From positions 19,052,871 through 19,116,870 of the forward strand of contig NC_092676.1 in the NCBI RefSeq assembly GCF_964355755.1: a stretch of 64,000 bases of DNA, written 5' to 3'. This DNA is from Antedon mediterranea (taxonomy: Eukaryota > Animalia > Echinodermata). A program made the position numbers and the translations under genes. Shown here in pieces: positions 44,601 to 64,000 of the stretch (positions are counted from its first letter, which is position 1; each line of letters opens with the position of its first letter). The notes beneath the pieces were generated by a model. The model did not search any database and had not been told where the DNA came from. It was given only the letters and a program-made list of their open reading frames with translations.

Positions 44601-46562
44601 ATTCCTATCTGTATGATATGCTTTATGATCTATTATTTTGGTCAAAGGTCAAAGATACTGCAGTATTGAGTATGGTATTCTAATGACTGTATAAAAAAGT
44701 TCAATAAAATAACCTGACCTTAACCTTAATTAGAATAGAATATGACGTATGATGAGACAAAATACAAAAAAGAGTCCACCTTGCCTAAAATACAATTTTG
44801 GAGCCTCTTCAATTCAATTCAAAATTCTTTAATTTGATCATCCCACACGGGGCAATTCAAATAAAAAGGTCTGGATTAAAATGATCTTACAAAATATACA
44901 AAATATCACAATACACAGTACAGTACAATATAACAAGAGTTAAAGTTCAAGAATTTAAGAGTTGGATGGCAACTGGCAAAATGAATTTCTTTTCCGTATC
45001 GTATTTTTCTTGCCTTATATTCAATTATAATACTAAAAATAAAGTAAATCAATTCGTTGAAATGTTAATATTACATAATACAGTAAAATAATAATATACT
45101 ATAAAAATATATATAAATAAAAACAGCTTCCATTTTCTATTTTTATCTTTTAATTTATGTATAATGTATAATTATTGACGATGTACATATTCATTTTATC
45201 ATAATTGTAAGAATGATTAATTATAAAAAAAAGCATAAGAAAAAGACAAAAACAGAAAATTTGGTTGCAAAGAAATGTTTGAAATATGATATTATTCTTT
45301 CTAAATTTACTGAAATGAAAATAAAGAGTGTATCTCACAAAAGACAAAAAAAAGTGTATAATCATAATAACAATAATTACAATAATTAAAAATAATAATA
45401 ACTACTACAGTAGTAATGACTATAATTTTTAGGTGTTTAAATTTTAAATGTAAATATGTATAATTATGTTTGTATGATGTTGTATGTTTAAGCGGATATT
45501 AGCCCTTGATGGCATTTCAGCAATAAAGAAATTGAATTGAATTGAATAAATAAATGAAAATAAATTAAATATTGATGACCAGGTGTGATGGGTTACGCAT
45601 TTGCGTTTGGTTTTTGGCCAAACTCACATTTAAAGAAGTTCCTGTTCCCTTAAGCCAAAAATAGCCCTTGTGAATAGGGTGGGAAATATTTTAAACTCAA
45701 CCAAATAAGGATAACTGATTAATCGGCCGTTTATACAAATACTGTAGTACAGTCGGTCTAGGCAGGATACGGTACAGTATACTATATTATTAATTTCCAC
45801 ATGAGTCATGAATCAGAGACAGTCACTTGACAGTACATCATTTAAAAATAAACTAGATACAGTAGTTGATCTGTTTCTATTTGGTAACCTGTTAAATTTA
45901 CAGAGAGGGAGATGGACAATATGCTACACAAATCACTATAATTCACATTTTGTTATTACCATTGTGTTTGGTAAATTCAATTATTAATGCAATATCGAAG
46001 TATACTCCCACAACGGTTTTTTTTTCTGGGACCATTATTTTATACTCGTTATCATATAAAAAATGACGTTATTGTTAATTAAAAAAATTTTATAATAAAT
46101 TAAGGGTTTGTCGGTCTTCACCGAATCAAACATGTTTACTTTATAACCTTATTAAAATAATTATTAGGTACAGAATAAACAGAAACTTTAAACCAATCTG
46201 AAAATAAACAGTATACAGAGTAAACCCTGTTGGGTGTGTTTATAATAATAGCAAAACGACACACCCACAAAATGGCCAATGGACAGCCAGATATCGAGGG
46301 CTCGTCCCCACCCAAGTCAGACGACAAAGAGAATGTTCACGGAATATTCAAACTTTAAGAATACTGTTACTAACTAGATAAATAAAATAAAGTACAAATA
46401 CACACCAAGTTCCATATCACATGCTAGTATACAAGCGGCTAAGGCACCAGCTGAAGCCCCACATGATTTTGTAATCAAATGGGGAGCATACTGACGAAAA
46501 GCACTGGCCACACCGATGTGATACACGCCAAGAAAACCACAGCCAGCAAACGACACTTCCAT
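35628..46562 (-). CDS. PNPLA2: Patatin-like phospholipase domain protein 2 / adipose triglyceride lipase (brummer-like), 622 aa
   Basis: Exons 46562-46406, 43852-43620, 43041-42976, 42486-42216, 39603-39127, 38838-38703, 36733-36614 and 36036-35628 (1869 nt, phases match). Motifs [54 protein letters not shown] and [10 protein letters not shown]. Confidence 0.93.
40200..40516 (+). mobile_element. ~315-bp long-hairpin element, copy 2
   Basis: Near-identical to 4699-5005 except for a short internal segment. Confidence 0.8.
41945..42158 (-). mobile_element. tRNA-derived SINE family C
   Basis: Reverse complement: TGGTTTGGTGGTTA...GCTTGGCTACCAATCCAAGGGTCCAGGGTTCGAGTCC...ACTCCACTCCCAAAGACTT. Homologous to 49861-50105. 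Confidence 0.75.
43366..43505. mobile_element. Small palindromic MITE
   Basis: TTCACACCTGT.C.GGCACAGTT.CGG ... CCGAAACTGTGCCGGCACAGGTGTGAA inverted ends. Confidence 0.55.
44190..44310 (+). mobile_element. Penelope-like repeat fragment with a degenerate minimal hammerhead ribozyme (5' half intact)
   Basis: TTAGCA-CTGACGA-A-GGT(AGTGTTA)ACC-GAAA, followed by a tail (TCTCCATTGAGATCCAGCCAC...TTTGCCTTTG) shared with 56428-56585. Confidence 0.6.
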
Positions 46563-47355
46563 CGATGATGAATTCACTTAAACTAGGCTGTTTATTTTAG
46601 TACGAAAACTCAAAATTCCTTTAGTATAATATTATTGATTATTTTTGTATAAAGATCGCTGAATAATTTGACATTCATATGTGCTATAGTAAAAAGCAAT
46701 ATAATATCAACCCGTCACACTTCCATACTGTTTATATTCGTACGTCGTGTTTACATTTGGACAGGAAGCGTAGTAAATTCGGTATCAAACAAAAATCATG
46801 TGATTTCCGGGGGACAACACTCCTAACAATTAGTTGACTATATTTTTCTACATTTTATCATCCTACTCAAAATTTAAGACACTTATACTAATAACTATAA
46901 ATATTTGTAATATAATATTTACATTGTTAACACTAATTAATATAATAAAGTTAGTTTTATTATAACTTCTTTGACAAGTCTTTGAGACTCTGTACAGCCG
47001 GGGTTATATAAAGGTCTCCTACGTGGGCCATAGGGGGCGACAAACTCACTCATTGATAAATTTACTCTTTGTTAAAAAAAAAAAAAGAAATGCCCTGGGA
47101 TTCAATTAAGCTGGCCTACACTTCCTAAATTTAATAAATACAATAAATAGAAAAATAACAAATGTTAAAAAGAGCAAGACACTCAAAACCCTTTATAGAT
47201 AAATACTATAAATAAATGAAAATTGAAATTTGATATAAATTCAAGTTAATTTTGTAAAAACAAATAAGGGGCCTATTTTAAGTTTCTGCATGTCCCAATG
47301 ATTGATTTATTCTATTGTTGATTATAAATATATATATATATTTTCTGATTCTTAT

Positions 47356-47386
<31 letters not shown>

Positions 47387-48102
47387 TTTGGCGCATGATA
47401 AGGTATACATGATTGTCAACAAATTTTTTAATAAATATTAAAAAAAACGGAGTCTTGATTTAAAACTAACACGAAATAGAGGCCCCTCCCACCACCTTCC
47501 CACCAAAAAACATGAAAAAAAAAAGAAGATTAATAAAAAATAAAAAAAAAATAATTTGATAATTTCAATTGTTTTCAATTCGGGGGACAATAAGCAAATT
47601 ATACAACTTTTGAATTGTACACTTACTTACTCTTACTGCTAAAGTAATAAGTAATAAAATATTTTCATTTATTAATAATTAATTAATAATATTAAAGTAT
47701 TTATTACGTACCGTACGTGATATGAATTATTTAAATAATTACAATACTGTACTTTAATATTATATATATATTTAATTATTTGTTTTTCCCTATTTTGTAT
47801 AATAATAATATTTTGAAATAAATATGAAAATTAATTACATAACAAATAAAATCATGTCAACATTAATTTAAATCATGTGTGTACCGTAATAATAAAATTC
47901 CTAATACATATGATGGTTATACAATAAGAGGTTATACAATATTAGAGGTTATACAACACATTTTAATAAATTAAAGCCGGGCATATCCATTTTATTTATT
48001 GACGGATCTTGCGCTGCTAATCACTTTTTTTTAACGCATTTAAATTTCAATAGCGACCTCTCTAGACTGGACAGACTGGACGAAAAAAAATTGGAACTCA
48101 AA
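46563..48102. promoter_or_regulatory. Divergent intergenic region between the PNPLA2 and RUVBL2 start codons
   Basis: Head-to-head ATGs ~1.5 kb apart. ETS-like ACAGGAAG at ~46761. YY1-like AAAATGGCGGC overlaps the RUVBL2 ATG. Confidence 0.45.
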
Positions 48103-57004
<8,902 letters not shown>

Positions 57005-59886
57005 TTGCTAAGTAAATTCATCTATTGAGAACATTCCAAGAAGAGGTAAGATGGTCTGCCTAGCCTCTGATTGCCCAGGTTGCCTATTTATGCTTACCTA
57101 GACTCTGTCTGTCCAGCCAACCCACCAACAAGATGTTATTTTACATGATGTAACTATAATACCATATTCCACTTGATATACTACTAGATGTAAACATATC
57201 AATAAAAATAAATTAATATTTAGTGTTACAGTTATATTAAAGCATTATACTGTATATTTTTATCCTTTTTTTTGTTGTTGAACTGCTGTCAGTGTTCCAA
57301 ATCTAAAAATCTCTTTTTATACTACCTGTAAATGTCTAGTGTTACATTAGTTTAATAACATATTTGTGTACGTGTATTCTAGGTAAAAGCCACTAGACCT
57401 ACGTTTTTTAACCTCATTTAAGGTCACACTACATTTTCGTTTTAAATGGTTAATGTGAAAAATAAGTTGATTCTAATCATTTAAGTGGCCCACTATATAC
57501 TAGATTGCATCGCATTTTCATATTGTGATGCAATGCACCCAATTTTCGATCGATCGTGAAAGGGTAAACGAATAAAAATTTTCACCGAAAATACCAGGTC
57601 TTTCTGTATTAAAAGATTCTGCCCAAAAAGGAAAGACAATTAATTCAGCAATGAGACAACGCCGGTCTATGCCTATAGCTAGCATACTGTACGACGATGA
57701 GCTCTTTACTAGCTAGGGCTACACGACACAATCTACTTAGATAGTGTATTGTTTCTCTCTTTTATCATAATTTACCATATAATGTACATTGAAGACAAGG
57801 AATGACCTGGTTTAATGTTTTAGAGTTTAAATATTATTTTTACAAATTGCAGGTCTAGTGTCTTTAGCTATAGTACAATTAATATTGATATTTAATTTTT
57901 TGTACACTTATGAGTGGCATGATCCTGACATTTCAATTTAAAAGAATAAATAGTTCAACAATTTCATTTAATCAGAGATACAAAACTGGGTGGCAGTACG
58001 TTTGTCTGTTCAGTAATTTGAAGTGTACAATTGAAATAAATGTGATTTTTTGTATCAATTTGAATTTGTTGTTGGTTTCAAACCTTCAAACCACAGACAT
58101 TGTTATAAATCTGTATGAATAGAACTCTGCCAAATTAAACTAACTTTTTGCATTTCCAAATTATTGGTTGGATATATAGTTGGTATCAATAAGATATTTG
58201 GCTTAACGATTATCCACATTTTGTTGTTTGGTATAAACACAATAGACGGGTATACCTCAGTAAGCACAGTAGAATCACTCCTTTGTGATAACCTTATTTA
58301 AGGGACTCCCATGTTTAAACGTCTTACACCTGCTTTGGTCAGACTCCAGCAAATAAAATCGCATCTCAATGTTTCATTTTTACGACACTCTTACACGTTT
58401 ATGCATCAATCTTTTTACTTGATATGCTTGTAGCACCTGACGCACAATCTGACGCGAACCTGAAGCTGACCGGAGCTGGAGCGAAAGACACATAAAGCAA
58501 CACTTTCCTGTGCAAAAATGTAGGGCAATATGGTTTACACTACAGACAATCCCTATTCAGGAAACACATTTTGCTTTACGATTCTTTAATAAAAACTAAC
58601 CAGAACAATTTATTAATCCAAGTACTGTACAAACGACTGAAATGTATGCTGGACCGAACTACAAAAAGTTGTTTGCGCGGAAAACTTGGTCACAATTACA
58701 AAACAAAGCAACTTCCGCTCTATAAAATTTCTCAGCAGACTGAACGCATCCTCACCAAAAAAGGTGGCCAATGCGAGAGTAGACAACAATATCACTCAGA
58801 CAAACTAATATGTACAGCGTACTACTATATTTGTTTAATGTTACAAATGTATTCAATGGTTACTTCAAACTTAATGTTTAACACTACTTATTGCTAAATT
58901 TGTAATATAAATAGGTATTTAAATGTTTCACAATAATGCACACTTTGTAACAGCAATGCTTAAAACTTGAGATGTTTAATAATTAAAGGAATGCTTTATA
59001 AGATAAAAATAGCTACTAAATTTAATTTCAGTTTCCATATGAAACCAATCTTTGGATAAGATAGATATTTCAAGCACAACTGTACTATACAAAAAGGGTG
59101 AATATTGAGCGTAGTCCTATGCAATTATTTATTCAACTTAGTTATTCTATTTATTTTTTGAATTAAATCTGTAATTTACCCGTAACATAAAGTATGTTGG
59201 AACTAATGTAAATCTATAAATCTAATTTCTATCTGTATGTAAATTTATAATCAAAATATGCATATAGAGGTGGAAGAAAACATACCTTCTATCAGCTTTT
59301 CAGGGGAAAAAACAATTAACCTGCTCTACTCATCTTTTACTGTTGTTGCTGATATATCCAGTGTTAGAAATCTGTATAATACCATTATATGATTAAGTAT
59401 AGTCCCAGATAGACTTGTCCCAAGTCTGTAGTTATTGTCTTTTTATGTTAGTCGGCTTTTCGATTTTTGTCTGAAAATGTGAGCTCAAGTATTATATGCA
59501 TTAAGCGCCATATGTGCCAACATATTTATCTTTTACTAATTTCGGTCTAGAACGTAGACCAAGTCTCAGGGATTAAGAAACTCTTGTGTTCCAATTTAGC
59601 CTAAATTGGGGGTGAGGAGTTTATAAACTGTAGCACCTTATTCCATATATTGTAAACCTACTGCAATGAATGTCTCCAATATGTAGAAATCAATCATCAA
59701 AAACAAATCTTACTCTAGCTAATCTATACAAAATTATAAAAATACACGTCATTTGTCAAATTATAAAATTCAGAAGCTTCAAATTTAAAAAAAATACTAT
59801 AACCTAAAGTTTCGAATTAAGCTAAATGGAAACGTTTTTGAGCGTAAATTAACAGGCATGATTCTGGCAATATTTACAAATTGTCT

Positions 59887-62800
59887 TTATTCTTGCTTTA
59901 AATTAGCGTTTTTTGTATTTTCTTGTGCTTTTTTGTTTCCGTTTACAACCGCGTCTACCATGTCTGATTTTGTGATCAACGTCCCTGAAAAACTAGCCAT
60001 AAAATCAAGAATCGGACTCGGTAGATGGTTAAACAGCCATGCGTAAACAGGTGCTAAGAAGCCGCAGGCATACCGCGTCTTCGGACGTCTGGCTAGAAGA
60101 GCATGGATTATAGTTTCCGACACTGGTGAAATATCGGTTTCCAGTCGGGAATCGTTTTCTGTGTAGAAACGACTAGACATGTTTTTGAAGTAATGGTCGC
60201 CGTAGATGGGACGTAAGTTAACTGGAAGTTGCTCTTGTAGTTCTTTAAGTGTTTTTTGCATCAAACCTGAAGTTGTGGCAGCTGAAAAAAAAAAAATACA
60301 GGAATAAACCATGGAGAAATTAGAATAAAATAAAATGTGTTCAGGTAGACAACTTAACTTCCTCAAAAAAGTTTTCTGCAGTTTTCCTTAGTTTATCAAC
60401 TGGCCTACACAAACTTTGTACAATTTTTTCTTGCTTGAGTTTTCAATTAAATAACTGTCTGTTATTGATATTTCTTACCAGTTTTGAAACCACCTGGTTC
60501 TACTGCCGACACCTTTATTCCCCATTTTGTCATTTCATTGCGTAGAACGTCTGTGAACATGTCCGCTGCGGCCTTTGAGGAGCAATAGGCCGAAAGACTT
60601 GGCATAAATAACAAAGCTGTATAAATAAATAGATTCATGTTGTTAATTTGTCTGACATGACAATATAACCATTCCATACTGCATAGACAATTTAGTAGAG
60701 AATTCTGCGGTGCTGACTTCACGACGGTAGGTGACGCTGCGTGGACGGCATTGTTGTTGCTAGCTAACCAAAAAATGCGTTCAACCTGCTTGAGTGACTC
60801 AAAGGTCACCAATAATTTGGAATTGGCTTAGTCATTTTAAAACTTAATAATTTTCAATAAAAACAAACTAAAATTTCAAAAGATCACTAAATATTTGTTT
60901 TTAATCTATTTCTTCAACTACAGTTTAGTTGAAGTTAAAAAAAATAAGTTAAAAAAAATCAATCTAAGATACATAATTTGATACAAATACAGATCTATAT
61001 AGTTTATCAACATAGTAGCGTTGAACACATTTTTGGGTTGGCTAGCAACCATGCAGCGCCATCTATCGTTGTGACGTCACACTGCAGAACTCTATGTTGG
61101 TAAAATATTTAACCAGAGTGTTGAAACCTCTAATGCTGTGTCCCTGGCTCGAAATATTTTATTTACATTTTTTGTTTTCTGATAAAAAATATATATTTTA
61201 AAAATCCAAATGGTATTTTGAATCACTTTTTTTTCAACTCTACTCCAAAAGGTAGATAGTAACTTACCACATAAACTTGTGACGTTTACAATTCTACCTT
61301 TTGATTTTCGAAGAAGCGGAAGAAAGGCCTTCACCATCCGTACTTGCCCTAGAAAATTTACATTCCATAATTTTTGGAATACTTCTAATGAGCAGATCTC
61401 AGTCTCTGCCATTATGCACTGTCCAGCATTGTTTACAAGACCCCAGAGTTCTAAAAGATAACAAAGATTTCATATTTATGATTATTATTACAATATAGTG
61501 CTTTATGATAGAAACAAATAAGTTTAAGATTACGAAGTAAAGTTTACATTACTACTTAATGTTTGAACTTTACAAAATGACCTATGCCCCTTTTAAGGTT
61601 GACAATACATTCTATCAGCTCATACTCCATGATCAGCTGAAATTAGCCTGCTCTACCCATCTTTTATCATTGTTGTTGACATTATCCAGTGTTATTTAAG
61701 AAATCTGCATATATACCATATATGATCAAGTATAGTCCCAGATAGACTACGAAGTAAAGTTTACATTACTACTTAATGTTAATTAATGTTAATTACTTAA
61801 TGTTAATGACGTATGCCCCTTTTAAGATTAACAAAGTGATTGTTATATGAGATTGAGTTCTTACAAACTAAAATTCTGGTCTTATATTAATGTTGAGGCT
61901 CCCACTTCCAACCTAAATTGCTGATCCCCATAACAAGGTTGGCTTCTCATCAACTAAATTTGTAGTCCCATCAATTAATATAGTCTTAGTACATAAAGCC
62001 TCTGATTTGAATACTTGATGTCTAGGAACTTGTTTTACTAATACAAATTTTGACTTTTTATTTAGTAGAATAGTTTTTATAACAAAAATTTTTTAATTTT
62101 CCATAGTCACCTTTTTTAGAGAGTTGATGTTTAACAATGTCCAAAGCCTTTTTCACTTGGTCATCACTGGTGACGTCCAATTGCAGAGTGACCAGTCGAT
62201 TCGAACAATTGGCTACAAGAGCTTGTTCACCATCGCCACCTTTCTTTAGACACCCAGCGAACACCCGGAAGCCGAGGGCATCCAGTTGTTTAGCCGTCTC
62301 ATAGCCAAACCCACTATCACATCCTAAGTAACAAAATTGTTAATAATTGTTACTGTATCAATCATCATGTCTGCACAAATGTATTCATTATTTTATAATT
62401 ATGATTTATTATATGATCATTTTCATTTCATTATAAAAAATGGCCTTAGGAATGTAATAATTGCCATATTCAAGTGAATTGGAAAACCTTATGATCTACA
62501 GAAAATATTAAAATGTTCAAAATGCTATGACTATGTTAAGCAATGAAATGATTATAATACAGTACTTTATTTTAATTAAATACTTAACTCAAATATGCCA
62601 TACTGATAAATTATAAAATACAGCTAAATAATTTTAGTTCTTTTATTAAAACTTAATAAATAAAAAGCTGGTATTACCTGTAATCAACACCGCTTTCTCT
62701 TCAACTGGAAGATATCCCTGAGGAAGATTATTAAAGATGTAATAGCAAGCAGTTGCAAAGACAATCAGGCCAAGTATGCCTCCCAAGATGAACTGGCTAA

Positions 62801-62948
62801 GAGGTTGGAGAACAGTAGGTAAGATGAGGAGCAAAATTGATGGGAAATTTAACTCTAGTTCATTACTTAGATAGCGAGATAAAGCCGCACCGCTAAACAC
62901 TATCGTTATCGTCGAATACGATAATAGATATAAATGATACAAAGACAT
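59887..62948 (-). CDS. Membrane-anchored short-chain dehydrogenase/reductase, SDR9C group (17beta-HSD2 / 11beta-HSD2 / BDH1 / RDH-like), 399 aa
   Basis: Exons 62948-62678, 62323-62111, 61450-61268, 60616-60479 and 60281-59887 (1200 nt, phases match). Hydrophobic N-terminus, VLITGCDSGFG, LQLDVT, LWGLVNNAG, GRIVNVTS, YCSSK, VEPGGFKT. Confidence 0.93.
60696..61094. mobile_element. MITE with ~85-bp imperfect TIRs in an SDR intron
   Basis: TAGAGAATTCTGCGGTGCTGACTTCACGACGGTAGGTGACGCTGC...GTTCAAC is the inverse of GTTGAAC...GCAGCGCCATCTATCGTTGTGACGTCACACTGCAGAACTCTA. Confidence 0.75.
61608..61747. repeat. Dispersed ~135-bp repeat, second copy at ~59287-59416
   Basis: TTCTATCAGCT...CCTGCTCTAC.CATCTTTTA...ATCCAGTGTTA...AAGTATAGTCCCAGATAGACT is present at both sites. 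Confidence 0.7.
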
Positions 62949-64000
62949 TATACTTAAAATATTAATAAGTTTTTCTACAAACAAAAATAGCTAGCCTAGC
63001 TAGGCCTACGAACACGAACCAACTGAAGTCAATCGCGGTAAATAAACCAGCGATTATCTAGAAATACCATGGTTCACTAAGCACGAATACTTATTTTTAG
63101 AACAACGAACTTCCGGTATTTACGTTCTACAATTCGTATGGCGCGCCAGGCCCGTCTTTCACAAAAATACTTTTTAAGTCGCGGGTAATATCGGTTATTT
63201 ATTATAATTTATGTTAATACGACAATAATTTGTAATAATGTGCTTGTCGAAATAACATCGTGATAATATTAGTAACTTTAAAAAGTATATTTAAAGTATT
63301 GACATTTGTTTATAGTAAGGTAGTTTCGGCGTGTAATCACATCTATTTGCCCTAGTTGGAGTTTTGTTTTCATCGTCATCCGTATATGGTACCATGGCTA
63401 GATTAAATGCATTATTAATCATTTTGTCATTACTTGTAGTAAGTATTACTTTATTATTAATATATAGTGATATATTCAAAATTGTTCATTTTATAATCAG
63501 ATTGATAGTTTAATGATTATTTAATAAATATTTTTGGAAATAGCTAGGCCTAACTAAATGATATTAATTTCTAGGCCAAAGTAGTTGTTGATTTCAGAAG
63601 TTGTTTCGCCAGAATTATTTGCCACTAAGTCGTTTCGCCCCTATCTATTGCTTATAAATACATAAACTCACTTATGTTAAACAGAATCATCCATGAACCG
63701 GCGTGAAGTTGGTTACTTATTCCTTATTCGATATTCAATTTTTTTTGTGAAGTTGGATCCTTATTCGACATTCACATTCACATGTATGGGGCGCAATATG
63801 TGTAATATTTTAATTAAATGATTTTATACTTACGGCTTAGATTTACTAGGGCTATGATTTATAGGGCTATAACTTCGTTATAAACAGCATGGACCGGGAT
63901 GACGATACATGGGTTGGGGCTAGTAGGGTCCAGTCGTTTCAGAAAATACCACTTGCCCCGGTCCATGCCGTCTAGCTGTCATTTTACGCCATTTTAAAAC

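Noticed and set aside
57910-58897. Short ORFs between RUVBL2 and the SDR gene, like most other 60-110 aa ORFs in the track
   Set aside because: No motifs, no splice-consistent partners, and AT-rich composition typical of chance ORFs.

Overview
Eukaryotic, strongly AT-rich, intron-rich genomic DNA from an invertebrate animal (a marine deuterostome such as an echinoderm is my inference, not something the sequence proves). There is no CRISPR array, operon or intact transposase. By hand-splicing at GT-AG sites with phase checks I reconstruct six protein-coding genes: (1) the 3' part of a meiotic HORMAD/Hop1-type gene with PHD finger, winged-helix region and closure-motif-like tail (+, 3186-8060; the HORMA domain is not in the window); (2) a 172-aa secreted cysteine-rich protein with signal peptide + Kazal + vWC-like + antistasin-like modules (+, 14902-23476), largely missed by the ORF track; (3) ROPN1L (+); (4) a PNPLA2/ATGL-type lipase (-); (5) RUVBL2 (+); (6) an SDR9C-type short-chain dehydrogenase (-). 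Introns and spacers are full of non-autonomous elements: a 2.4-kb foldback element, several MITE families, Helentron-type HINEs, tRNA-derived and 5S rRNA-derived SINEs, and minisatellites. The best leads are the three-module inhibitor gene, a Penelope-type hammerhead ribozyme that can be reconstructed from two complementary degenerate copies, a HORMAD that keeps its chromatin-binding region with an inverted SINE pair bracketing an in-frame winged-helix cassette, and 5S-headed SINEs. All calls are by eye, with no database search. Repeat boundaries are approximate.
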